This document shows, piece by piece, positions 43,913 to 53,542 of a stretch of DNA of 64,000 nucleotides (position 1 is the first letter of the stretch; each line of letters begins with the position of its first letter). This DNA comes from an uncultured Oscillospiraceae bacterium. Lineage in GTDB: Bacteria > Bacillota > Clostridia > Christensenellales > CAG-314. The position numbers and the translations under genes are program-made. The notes beneath the pieces were generated by a model. That model was not told where the DNA came from and made no database searches. It saw nothing but the letters and a program-made list of their open reading frames with translations. The stretch spans positions 31,599-95,598 of the forward strand of contig CAZHMU010000005.1 of NCBI GenBank assembly GCA_964533825.1, written 5' to 3'.

Positions 43913-45855
43913 TGCCCCCAATGAAACGTTTTGCTACACATAAACCTAAAAATTTGAAGGGTACAGTTAGCAGAATTTTGTCCTATCTCAAGCCTCACAC
44001 AGGCAAGATGATTGCCGTGTTTGTTTGCATTTTGTTGCAGGTCAGCTGCAACATCTTGGCAACAGCAATTTTGACACCTCTGTTGAATGGTCTTTCCGCA
44101 ACAGCTGGTGCAACAATCCCTTTGACAGGTATCCCCGCATTGGACAGTTTGGCACTTTCCGGTGTGGTGGAAGACAAACTCAAGTATCTTGTAACATTGG
44201 TAATCGTTGTTGCGTGCGTTTACGCAACAAGCCTTGTTGTAAACTACATCCTCAACAGAATTTTGATTACCATCTCTACCGAAACAATCAAGCGTATGCG
44301 TAACGAATTGTTTGCGCATATGCAAAAGTTGCCTATCAAGGTGTTTGACACAAACACCCACGGCGAACTGATGTCACGTTACACAAACGACTTGGACTTG
44401 TTGAACGAGTTTTTGGCTCGTTGCATCCCACAAATGTTCAGTAGTGCATTGACAATCATCGGTGTATTTACAGCAATGATTGTTCTTTCTTGGAAGTTGA
44501 CTCTCGTAATGGTAGTAATGCTTGTTTTGATGGCACTCATTGTCAAGTTTATCGGTGGCAAGTCCAAAACAAACTTTGTCAAACAACAAGCAGCAGTGGG
44601 CAAACTCAACGGCTACATCGAAGAGCTTGTCGAAGGTCAAAAGGTTGTAAAAGTGTTCAACCACGAGCAAAAAGCTATGCAAGAGTTTGATGAAATCAAC
44701 TCCGAGTGGCAAAAAGTTAGTGGCAAGGCAAATGCTTATGCAAATATCATGGGCCCCATCATGAACAACCTGTCACACTTCTTCTATGCAGGCATTGCTG
44801 TTTTGGGCGCAATCATTGCAATTAACTCCAACGAGCCCCTTGCTTACGTTGGTATCGTTGCCTCTTTCTTGATGTACATTCGCAACATCACAACGCCCAT
44901 CCAACAAATTTCCCAACAGATCAACACGGTCTTTATGGCAGTTGCGGGCGGAGAGCGAGTGTTTGCTCTTTTGGATACTCCAGAGGAAGTGGACGATGGC
45001 TACGTAACACTTGTAAATGCCAACATTGATCCTGACGGCACAATTACCGAAAGCGAAACACGCACAGGTCACTGGGCGTGGAAACATCCACATGGCGATG
45101 GTACAATCACCTACACCGAACTCAAGGGCGACGTTCGTTTTGAGGATGTAACCTTTGGCTACGACGAAGACAAGACTGTACTTCACAACATATCGTTGTA
45201 TGCCGAACCTGGTCAAAAAATTGCCTTTGTTGGCTCAACCGGCGCAGGCAAAACAACCATCACCAACCTTATCAACCGTTTTTACGATGTTCCCGATGGC
45301 AAAATCCGCTACGATGGCATAAACATCAACAAAATCAAAAAGGCTGACCTTCGCCGTTCGCTCGGTATGGTTTTGCAAGACACCCACCTGTTTACAGGCA
45401 CAGTAATGGACAACATCCGTTACGGACGTTTGGATGCAACTGACGAAGAGTGCATTGCAGCTGCAAAGTCGGCAAATGCTCACAACTTTATCAAGCACCT
45501 GCCCGAAGGCTACAACACAATGATTTCTCGTGACGGCGAAAACCTTTCTCAAGGTCAAAGACAACTCATTGCCATCGCGCGTGCGGCGGTAGCCGATCCA
45601 CCAGTTCTCATCTTGGACGAGGCAACCAGTTCCATTGATACAAGAACCGAGTGGCTTATCGAAAAGGGCATGGATGCCTTAATGGAAGGACGCACTGTAT
45701 TTGTAATTGCTCACCGACTTTCTACAGTTCGCAACAGCAATGCGATAATGGTGCTGGAAAAGGGCGTAATCATCGAGCGTGGCGACCACGACGATTTGAT
45801 CGCACAAAAGGGCAAGTACTATCAACTCTACACAGGTATGTTTGAGTTGAGCTAA
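43912..45855 (+). CDS. ABC transporter permease/ATP-binding protein (partner half-transporter)
   Basis: The start overlaps the upstream stop. Walker A GSTGAGKTT, signature LSQGQRQL, Walker B VLILDE. Confidence 0.88.
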   Translation: MPPMKRFATHKPKNLKGTVSRILSYLKPHTGKMIAVFVCILLQVSCNILATAILTPLLNGLSATAGATIPLTGIPALDSLALSGVVEDKLKYLVTLVIVVACVYATSLVVNYILNRILITISTETIKRMRNELFAHMQKLPIKVFDTNTHGELMSRYTNDLDLLNEFLARCIPQMFSSALTIIGVFTAMIVLSWKLTLVMVVMLVLMALIVKFIGGKSKTNFVKQQAAVGKLNGYIEELVEGQKVVKVFNHEQKAMQEFDEINSEWQKVSGKANAYANIMGPIMNNLSHFFYAGIAVLGAIIAINSNEPLAYVGIVASFLMYIRNITTPIQQISQQINTVFMAVAGGERVFALLDTPEEVDDGYVTLVNANIDPDGTITESETRTGHWAWKHPHGDGTITYTELKGDVRFEDVTFGYDEDKTVLHNISLYAEPGQKIAFVGSTGAGKTTITNLINRFYDVPDGKIRYDGININKIKKADLRRSLGMVLQDTHLFTGTVMDNIRYGRLDATDEECIAAAKSANAHNFIKHLPEGYNTMISRDGENLSQGQRQLIAIARAAVADPPVLILDEATSSIDTRTEWLIEKGMDALMEGRTVFVIAHRLSTVRNSNAIMVLEKGVIIERGDHDDLIAQKGKYYQLYTGMFELS

Positions 45856-45926
45856 CCCCAAAGGTGGATAGTAAACTCTTCGTTTCAAGTCTTTTTCTAA
45901 AATATAACTACATTATCAATATTCAA

Positions 45927-45965
45927 AAAGAGCAGATACGTTTTGCATCTGCTCTTTTATTTTTA
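45927..45965. terminator. bidirectional terminator
   Basis: AAAGAGCAGAT / ATCTGCTCTTT with flanking A-run and T-run. Confidence 0.75.
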
Positions 45966-45970
45966 GTTTT

Positions 45971-46702
45971 TTATTTGCACAACATCACGTAACGAAAAAT
46001 TGTTTTGTCGTCGCAAAGTCCTTCTATGTAGTAGCCGTAGTCTGTTTGCTTTTTGTACAGCGTTACTTGGTCGCCGTAGTACGATTGCGATATGTAAGAA
46101 ATCTGCATTTCGTCAATATGCAAATTGCCAAATTCTTCCAACGAAAAGCAATCCAACGCCATTCTGATGTAGGCAATGTTGTTTGTGTGTTGGTTTACAT
46201 CAATATCGGTCAACACGACTTTGTGCGTATGATTGTAGTCGGCATCGCAAACACTTTCCTTTGCTTGCAAAAAATCTCCAGCATTACTTCTATCTTGACG
46301 ATGGAGCATATCGTGTGGGTAGTGCACCGATTCTACTCTGCGTGGGCGTTTTGTATCGCAGTCAAGGGTGCACCATTCGCTACTGCAAGAAACCAGCAAC
46401 TGGTTTTCGTTGCAAATTGTGTAATCACGGCCAAAGCGCACTCCTTTTGCGAAAGTAGGCCAAGTCTCGATTGTTACTGTTTCTTCAAACTGCGGCATAC
46501 TATGAATTTTTACCTTCATTTTGGATATTACCCAAAATGCGTTAGACTTTTCCTGCATTGTTTTGCCGTCAATTTCCATTTCAAACGAGTGCAAACCTGT
46601 TATGTTTTGGAAGTGAGTCATTACGTGATCCAACCGCATATGATAGTTTTCGTCCACTTCAGAGAGTTTGATTTTGTGTTCGATTTTGTAGTCGTTGTTC
46701 AT
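45971..46702 (-). CDS. acyl-ACP thioesterase (double hot-dog)
   Basis: Start at Met34 of the track ORF. Family-like HKIKLSEVDENYHMRLDHVMTHFQ and a second hot-dog half with VVLTDIDVNQHTNN. Confidence 0.7.
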   Translation of the reverse strand: MNNDYKIEHKIKLSEVDENYHMRLDHVMTHFQNITGLHSFEMEIDGKTMQEKSNAFWVISKMKVKIHSMPQFEETVTIETWPTFAKGVRFGRDYTICNENQLLVSCSSEWCTLDCDTKRPRRVESVHYPHDMLHRQDRSNAGDFLQAKESVCDADYNHTHKVVLTDIDVNQHTNNIAYIRMALDCFSLEEFGNLHIDEMQISYISQSYYGDQVTLYKKQTDYGYYIEGLCDDKTIFRYVMLCK

Positions 46703-47054
46703 TTCAAGGTGTCCTTTTTTATGTTTTGCTTGCAAATGTACATATTTTTTGCAAGCCTTGTTTGTGTCACAAGTGGCAAAGTTGGTTACCATTGTACGCA
46801 CCCAATGATACCAATGTTTTGTGAACTCAAAGTCAATTTTGTATCAACTTCTCGTCAAGTTTACACCAATAATTTGAAAACTAACTTAAAACACAACGTT
46901 TGCTTTTTTTACCCAAACTATTTACCTTTTTGTAAAATTGGTATATAATGTAGACATGATAATGGGGAAGTTTACAACACAGCGCGTCTTTGGCGCAACA
47001 TTTGTTACAAACTTTGCCAAACTACACACAAAATTACTTTGGAAGGTACAAAAG

Positions 47055-47741
47055 ATGTTCAACATTTTAGTAGTAGAAGATGACAAACACACGCGCATTT
47101 TGCTCAGCAAAATTTTGCAAACCAACGGCTACAACGTCATCCTTGCAACTGATGGCGAAGACGCTTTGGGCAAGCTTGAACACAACTACATCGACTTGAT
47201 GGTAATTGACGTGATGATGCCCAAAATGGATGGCTACACGTTGACGCAAACACTGCGCGAAAATGGTAGTCAAATGCCAATGCTGATGATTTCTGCCAAG
47301 GACAAAGTGCAGGATATCAAGCAAGGCTTTTTGGTGGGCATTGACGACTATCTCACAAAGCCTTTTGATTTTGAAGAACTCATTTTGCGTATCAAGGCGC
47401 TACTTCGCAGGTCAAAAATTGTTTCCGACCACAAGCTTGTTGTCGGTCAAACCACATTGGACTACAAGTCCTTTATGGTTATCACCCCAGCTGGCGAGGA
47501 AACTCTGCCCAAAAAGGAGTTTTTGCTACTGTACAAACTACTTTCCTACCCAGAAATTGTATTCACTCGTTTGCAACTGATGGACGAAATTTGGGGTATG
47601 GATGCGGAAAGTGACGAACACACAGTAAACGTGCATATCAACCGACTTCGCACACACTTTGCTGATAACAAGGATTTCGAAATTGTCACAGTGCGCGGAC
47701 TGGGATACAAGGCGGTGCGTTATGACGAACAAAACGACTAA
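47055..47741 (+). CDS. OmpR-family response regulator
   Basis: MFNILVVEDD, phospho-acceptor context MVIDVMMPKMDG, and a winged-helix C-terminus (TVRGLGYKAV). Confidence 0.9.
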   Translation: MFNILVVEDDKHTRILLSKILQTNGYNVILATDGEDALGKLEHNYIDLMVIDVMMPKMDGYTLTQTLRENGSQMPMLMISAKDKVQDIKQGFLVGIDDYLTKPFDFEELILRIKALLRRSKIVSDHKLVVGQTTLDYKSFMVITPAGEETLPKKEFLLLYKLLSYPEIVFTRLQLMDEIWGMDAESDEHTVNVHINRLRTHFADNKDFEIVTVRGLGYKAVRYDEQND

Positions 47742-48834
47742 AAAACCAACGCTTACAGAGTCTATCCAAGAGTTTTCCAGTGAGCTCAAAGAAACAATAG
47801 TTTCCACCAGAAAACTTACCAGTCGTATCATTTTTGGACTTATCATTGTGGTATTATCGGTGGTGTTGCTCATTTTGGGAGTTATGTTCTTGATTGAAGA
47901 ATTTGCCCACATCACCGAAAACTCCAAAGCGTACCTGTGGATGTTTGCCGGCGTTTCCCTTACCGTTGGTGCTATCGTTGGCACAATTTTGTCCATTTGG
48001 TTTTCCAAAATCGTAAAAAAGGTAGTCAAACCCTACATCGACGGCTTGCAACGTGTTAGCGAAGGGGATTTTACTACTGGCATCACAGACGAAAGTGTCG
48101 TACTTCAAGGTACTCACATCGCGGAAAACTTCAACAAAATGATCAAGCGATTGAACAGTGTGGAAACACTGAGCGAAAGCTTTATTTCCGACTTCTCTCA
48201 CGAGTTCAAAACACCCATTGTGTCCATTTCTGGCTTTGCAAAGCTTTTGAAGTCTGCCGATCTTACAGAAGAAGAACGCAACGAGTATTTGGATGTTATC
48301 ATCAACGAGTCCGACCGCCTTGTCAACCTTTCGCAGAGCGTCCTGCTACTCACTCGTCTGGACGACCAAGACGTAGATATGGATGTATTTTTGTTGGATG
48401 AGCAACTGCGCCAAAGCGTGTTGATTTTTGACAAAGCTTTGAAGGACAAAAACATCCAGCTGGACTTGTCAGTAGACACTTTGCCCATCGAAAGTAGTCA
48501 ACAACTGCTTTCCCACGTGTGGGTAAACCTTATTAGCAATGCCATCAAGTTCAGTTCACAAAACAGCCAAATTGATGTTTACGCGGAAAACCATGGCGAA
48601 TTTGTCACTGTTAGTGTCAAAGACCAAGGTTGCGGCATGGATGACGAAACGCAACAAAACATCTTCAACAAATTTTACCAAGGGGACAAGTCTCGCTCTG
48701 TCGAAGGCAATGGGTTGGGACTTCCCATCGTGCAAAAAATTTTGAAAGCTGTTGGCGGAGATATAAAGGTGCAAAGTGAATTGGGCAAAGGCAGCACCTT
48801 TATAGTCATTTTGCCAGTAAGACAATCCAAGTAA
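47722..48834 (+). CDS. sensor histidine kinase (two TM helices with a short loop)
   Basis: H-box SHEFKTPI, N-box LISNAIKFS, G-box GNGLGLPIV. The start is internal Met22, overlapping the RR gene by 20 nt. Confidence 0.85.
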   Translation: MTNKTTKKPTLTESIQEFSSELKETIVSTRKLTSRIIFGLIIVVLSVVLLILGVMFLIEEFAHITENSKAYLWMFAGVSLTVGAIVGTILSIWFSKIVKKVVKPYIDGLQRVSEGDFTTGITDESVVLQGTHIAENFNKMIKRLNSVETLSESFISDFSHEFKTPIVSISGFAKLLKSADLTEEERNEYLDVIINESDRLVNLSQSVLLLTRLDDQDVDMDVFLLDEQLRQSVLIFDKALKDKNIQLDLSVDTLPIESSQQLLSHVWVNLISNAIKFSSQNSQIDVYAENHGEFVTVSVKDQGCGMDDETQQNIFNKFYQGDKSRSVEGNGLGLPIVQKILKAVGGDIKVQSELGKGSTFIVILPVRQSK

Positions 48835-49134
48835 AGGCTTGCGCAGTCTCTCAACAAACAGTAATTTTACAACGGCGCAACTACACGGAGATACAACTAT
48901 GTCAAGTTTTGAAGGCGCAAGAGAACAATGGGAAAACTACCACTTGGGCAAAATAGCAAAATGCAAGGTATTCGCTCTGATGGCAGCTACTACATGCGCC
49001 CCACCCATTGCTATGGATTCAACCTATTCTAAGGCGTAGGCGAGCAAGCCACAAGGCAAAAATTTTACAAACAGGACAACTAACTAAGCGGGAGCAAATC
49101 GCGTTAATCCCCAAAAAATACATCAGGTAACACT

Positions 49135-50475
49135 ATGCTAAAACAAAACGACAAAATTACATACACAGCCCAAGGCTACTCCAATGCGGAAACGGTTGGC
49201 GTTGTGGACGGCTATACAGTTTTTGTTGGCGGTATGATGATTGGCGAAACGGCCACTGTCAAAATTACCTACGTCAAAAAGAGCGTTGCCTATGGCGAAG
49301 TGGTGGAAATTTTGACGCCATCGCCAAGTCGTGTTACACCACCTTGCCTACACTTTGGCAAATGCGGTGGATGCTCGCTTATGCACATGACGTATGAAGA
49401 GCAACTAAAGTTTAAGACAAACAAAGTGGCAAACAACATCAAAAAACTTGCCAAACTGGATGTTAACGTGTTGCCTTGTGTGCCTTCAATGCTAACTTTG
49501 GGCTATCGCAACAAGCTTTCGTTGCCAGTAGCAGGAAAGCTCGGCAACGTCAAAATTGGTATGTACCAAAAGGGTAGCCATTTTGTAGTGGATATGGACG
49601 ACTGTCTACTTGGTGGCAAGTGGTCGCAAAAGCTCACGCAAATTTTCCGTAACTATCTCAACCAACACAACATCCCACCCTACAACGAAAAAACTTTCAC
49701 AGGCGTGGTGCGCCACTTGGTTGCAAGGTATGTGGACGAGCAATTGCTTGTAACTGTTGTTAGCAATGGCGAGTTCAAGTTTGACCTACATCCACTCATT
49801 GCCGAGCTTCAAAAGGCCTTCCCCAAGTTTGGACTTTTTGTCAACATCAACACCTACAAAAACAACGTCATTTTGGGCAAAACTACTCAACACGTTTACG
49901 GAATAGGGCAAATTGTTGGCGAACACTTTGGTGTAAAATTTTGCCTGCAACCAGATAGTTTTTTCCAAGTGAACAATGGCGTTAAAGATGCTATCTACCA
50001 AAAGGCCAAGGATCTACTTAACGTTGCAAATACCGATGTTCTCATCGATTGCTTTAGTGGAATTGGCATTTTGACAAACGCCCTTGCATCTTCCAACTAC
50101 CAAACTTACGCACTGGAAATTGTCCCAAGCGCAGTAGAGGGGGCCAACCAAATGAAGGCGCTCAACAACTCGCCAAACGTAACAAACATTTGTGGCGATG
50201 TCAACGTGGAACTGCCCAAACTTACCGCCGAGCACGCAGGCAAAACCATCACAATGGTGGTGGACCCTCCACGCAAAGGCCTTGGCGAAAATATCTGCAA
50301 CACCATTTTGCAAGCGGACGTGGACAACATTGTGTACATCTCTTGCGACTCCGCAACCCTCGCGCGCGACCTTGCCATGCTCTCGGCAAAGTACAATGTG
50401 TCCTACGTTGAACCGTACGATATGTTCCCCAATACAGATCAGGTAGAAACCATGGTTTGTCTCATAAGGAGGTAA
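49135..50475 (+). CDS. rlmD: 23S rRNA (uracil-5-)-methyltransferase, RumA/RlmD family
   Basis: N-terminal TRAM domain, Fe-S Cys cluster CLHFGKCGGC, a SAM fold (DCFSGIG, DPPRKG) and a catalytic Cys near the C-terminus (ISCD). Confidence 0.85.
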   Translation: MLKQNDKITYTAQGYSNAETVGVVDGYTVFVGGMMIGETATVKITYVKKSVAYGEVVEILTPSPSRVTPPCLHFGKCGGCSLMHMTYEEQLKFKTNKVANNIKKLAKLDVNVLPCVPSMLTLGYRNKLSLPVAGKLGNVKIGMYQKGSHFVVDMDDCLLGGKWSQKLTQIFRNYLNQHNIPPYNEKTFTGVVRHLVARYVDEQLLVTVVSNGEFKFDLHPLIAELQKAFPKFGLFVNINTYKNNVILGKTTQHVYGIGQIVGEHFGVKFCLQPDSFFQVNNGVKDAIYQKAKDLLNVANTDVLIDCFSGIGILTNALASSNYQTYALEIVPSAVEGANQMKALNNSPNVTNICGDVNVELPKLTAEHAGKTITMVVDPPRKGLGENICNTILQADVDNIVYISCDSATLARDLAMLSAKYNVSYVEPYDMFPNTDQVETMVCLIRR

Positions 50476-50481
50476 TTGTGA

Positions 50482-50797
50482 ATGGATAATTTTTTTACAA
50501 CGATTCAAAAATTTACCGAATTAAATGACTTCTACTTGGGCTTATACTTTTTTTTGTGAAAAGGAAAAAGCGGGTGAAATCGTTTTATATGCAGGAACAT
50601 ATTGTTTTGAAATTACTTTAGAGCGTTTCGGCACTTACGAAAGTGCATCATTTTGTATTTACACCACGCAATATAAGAGCGGATATTGTGTTTATGTAAA
50701 TAGAATGGGCTGCGGAATCTGTGGGGATAACAAAATCCTTAAATTTTCTCACCGTTATCCATACAACAAAAACCATTTAAGCAACTGTTTCTTTTGA
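50482..50797 (+). pseudogene. Cys-rich small ORF split by a +1 shift inside a T8 tract
   Basis: ATG 50482 lies 9 nt after AGGAGG and reads MDNFFTTIQKFTELNDFYLGLYFFL-stop. Removing one T from T8 (50548-50555) joins it to the track ORF 50525..50797 (...FFCEKEKAGEIV...). Confidence 0.4.
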
Positions 50798-50949
50798 GAA
50801 AAGGATCGTCGTTGTGGCGAATATTTTGGAAAAAGGAGTAAATAAATATACCTTTTGGAGTTTTGACCTAAGTAGAGACTGTCGTTTATCTCAAAAAACA
50901 ATGGCTTTAAAGAAAGATACTGAAGATACAAACATAGGTAGGCAAAAGT

Positions 50950-52077
50950 ATGTTAGAAGTAAGACAAGTTAAGAAAAAAAATGAACAACGTGATTTTTTG
51001 AATTTTCCACTTAATTTATATAAAGATAATCCTTATTTTGTGCCACCGCTTTATATGGATGAAAAGAAAATATTCAAAAAAGATTATCTATATTTAGATC
51101 AAGCAGAAGCTATCTATTATAATGCATATTTAGATGGGAAAATTGTTGGTAGAATATCCGGGATTATCCAAAAAGCATCAAATCTTAAAAACAATGAAAA
51201 AAGAGTTAGATTCACTAGATTTGATTGTATAAATAATCAAGAGGTGGCCAATTTGTTGTTTTCTACAGTTGAAAAATGGGCTAAAGATAAAGGCATGGAT
51301 ACGATTGTAGGCCCACTTGGGTTTTCAGATTTAGAACGTGAAGGGTTACTTATAGAAGGATTTGATCAGTTATCTACATTTGAAGAACAATATAATTTTC
51401 CGTATTATCAAGAGCTTATCGAAAACTATGGATTTACTAAAGAAGTAGATTGGGTGGAAAGAAAATTATATGCACCAAAGGTAAAAGATGAACGGTTGGA
51501 AAAATTAAGCGGATTAGTGTTAAAAAGATATAAATTGAAGTTCGGATTAGCTAAAAATACGAATGAATTTATTAAAAAATATGCTGATAAATTTTTTGAT
51601 ATTATCGATAAGACATATGTTGATATATATGGTTCCGTTCCTTTTACCCCTGCCACTCGAAAACTTATGATATCAAACTTTAAATTGATTGTTGATGTAA
51701 AGCATGTGGTAGTGATTGTAGATGAAAATGACAATGTAGTGTGTTTTGGAATATGTTTTCCTTCGTTAGCTAATGCTATTCAAAAAAGTCGTGGACATTT
51801 AACACCGGCAGCAATAGTTAGGTTGATTAAAGCAATTAAAAAACCTAAAGTATTAGATTTAGGCTTAATAGGAGTGATTCCTGAATATCAAATGAAAGGT
51901 GTTAGTTCAGCCATCATTTCTGAAGTAATGAAAATGCTAACTGAAGGTGGCATTGAATATTGTGAAACAAATTTGAATTTAGAAACAAATGATGGAATAC
52001 AAAACCAGTGGAAATCATTTGATAGTGTATTACACAAAAGAAGAAGGTGTTTTGTTAAACAAATAGGAGAAAAATAA
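50950..52077 (+). CDS. two-lobed GNAT-fold acyltransferase-like protein, function unknown
   Basis: 375-aa AT-rich gene. The N-terminus MLEVRQVKKKNEQRDFLNFPLNLYKDNPYFVPPL and the later IPEYQMKGV acetyl-CoA-loop-like motif resemble an uncharacterised GNAT family. Confidence 0.5.
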   Translation: MLEVRQVKKKNEQRDFLNFPLNLYKDNPYFVPPLYMDEKKIFKKDYLYLDQAEAIYYNAYLDGKIVGRISGIIQKASNLKNNEKRVRFTRFDCINNQEVANLLFSTVEKWAKDKGMDTIVGPLGFSDLEREGLLIEGFDQLSTFEEQYNFPYYQELIENYGFTKEVDWVERKLYAPKVKDERLEKLSGLVLKRYKLKFGLAKNTNEFIKKYADKFFDIIDKTYVDIYGSVPFTPATRKLMISNFKLIVDVKHVVVIVDENDNVVCFGICFPSLANAIQKSRGHLTPAAIVRLIKAIKKPKVLDLGLIGVIPEYQMKGVSSAIISEVMKMLTEGGIEYCETNLNLETNDGIQNQWKSFDSVLHKRRRCFVKQIGEK

Positions 52078-52118
52078 AATGAAAAAAGAAATAATAGAAG
52101 AAAAGGAGTTTGAACCTG

Positions 52119-52448
52119 ATGCTAAATCAATTTGCTGATTGCTTGACAAAGTGTCCAGCGGAAGTTGTGACATTGTTTGAGCGACTACACCAACTCATTT
52201 GCGACAGCGCGCAAACCACCCCAACCCAAACCCTGTGGGCAAAACTGCCAACCTACTCCGTTGGCGACGCCTTTGTGCGCTTGATACCTTTCAAAGACCA
52301 CATCAACATTGAGGCAAAGGCCGTGCTAAACAATAGACATTTGCTTGATGGCTACAAAGTAACTCCAAAAGGTATGTTGCAAATCCTTGTGGGACAAGAC
52401 ATTCCCACCGACACCCTTTGCAAAATCTTTGCTGAAACTTTCGAGTAA
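52119..52448 (+). CDS. small cytoplasmic protein (possibly DUF1801/YdhG-like)
   Basis: ATG 10 nt after AAAAGGAG; 109 aa. Family assignment is weak. Confidence 0.4.
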   Translation: MLNQFADCLTKCPAEVVTLFERLHQLICDSAQTTPTQTLWAKLPTYSVGDAFVRLIPFKDHINIEAKAVLNNRHLLDGYKVTPKGMLQILVGQDIPTDTLCKIFAETFE

Positions 52449-52464
52449 CCTAAAGGAAGCCCAA

Positions 52465-52752
52465 ATGAAAAACTCAAAACCTAAAATTGGTGAGACATTG
52501 CTCGAAGCCTTGATAGAAATCGTGCTTGCCGTCATTTGCTTTGGGATTGGTACACTTGTATTGAATTTGTTCGGTGTAGGCTTTTCCTTGTGGGAAGTAG
52601 ACCCAGATAGGATAATTTTGATAGGCGTGTTCGCGTTTTTGTTTGTTTTGGCACTTGTTTGCATCATTGTGCAATGGGCAAAGTCCATCGCAAAAGGCAA
52701 GCAGAGCAACAACAAGAGTGACGACTGTCAATCAACAAAAACACAAAAGTAG
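52465..52752 (+). CDS. small 2-TM membrane protein
   Basis: Internal Met27 of the track ORF. It has two hydrophobic helices and a basic tail. Confidence 0.45.
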   Translation: MKNSKPKIGETLLEALIEIVLAVICFGIGTLVLNLFGVGFSLWEVDPDRIILIGVFAFLFVLALVCIIVQWAKSIAKGKQSNNKSDDCQSTKTQK

Positions 52753-52769
52753 TGCACATTGAAACAACT

Positions 52770-53258
52770 ATGATTTATCGCAAAACAAAGGCGGAAGATT
52801 TTCCCGCCGTCATACAACTCAAAAACCAAGTCAAGCAACGCGTCATTGCGCAAAACCTTGCAATTTGGCAGGATGGCTATCCACAAGACCAACTCATTGC
52901 CGACGACATTGCCCACGGCTTTGGCCGAGTTGTGCAAATTGATGATCAAATTGTCGCCTATGCAACATTTCATTCCGCCGACTACGAGTATCCCAAGGAT
53001 ACCTTTCGCAAAAACAACGTGATGTCCTTTGGCAGAGTTATGGTTGCAGATGGCTTTGTTGGCAAAGGTATTGCAAGTTTTTTGGTACAAAGTATGATTG
53101 ACGAAGCGCGCAACCTTGGCTACGATGGCGTTGGCATTTTGGTGGACGATTTCAACGAGCGTGCCACTCGCCTTTACTACCGCAAAGGTTTTGTCAAGGA
53201 AGGTCACGCCACTTTTCCTTGGGCCGATTTGGATATATTGGCATTGTATTTTAACTAA
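52770..53258 (+). CDS. GNAT-family N-acetyltransferase
   Basis: MIYRKTKAEDFPAV... with the acetyl-CoA loop RVMVADGFVGKGIASFL and ...YRKGF. Confidence 0.8.
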   Translation: MIYRKTKAEDFPAVIQLKNQVKQRVIAQNLAIWQDGYPQDQLIADDIAHGFGRVVQIDDQIVAYATFHSADYEYPKDTFRKNNVMSFGRVMVADGFVGKGIASFLVQSMIDEARNLGYDGVGILVDDFNERATRLYYRKGFVKEGHATFPWADLDILALYFN

Positions 53259-53430
53259 GGCTCTGTCAAAAACTCTGGTTGCTTTTTTACGGCAAAACGG
53301 CTACGTAATTTCCCAGATTTTACTCGGTCACTGCCCCTACGTAACCTCACTTGCAACAATGTGGTTATTGCCCGCTTTTTATCCGTCAAACCGCCTAATG
53401 GTTAATCAACCATTTCTTTGTGGAATATCC
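53259..53430 (+). mobile_element. ISL3-like MITE with perfect 8-bp target-site duplication (L3)
   Basis: TTAACTAA (53251-53258) and TTAACTAA (53431-53438) flank the element exactly. Its ends are GGCTCTGTCAAAAACTCTGGTTGC and ...TTAATCAACCATTTCTTTGTGGAATATCC. Confidence 0.85.
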
Positions 53431-53542
53431 TTAACTAATTGCAATATTTTGGTATTTACAAATATTAGTTTGCAAAGTATAATAGTAAAAAGTAGCATAC
53501 CCTAAAAGTAAAACTGCACCTTGTGGTGCAAAAGGAGTCATT

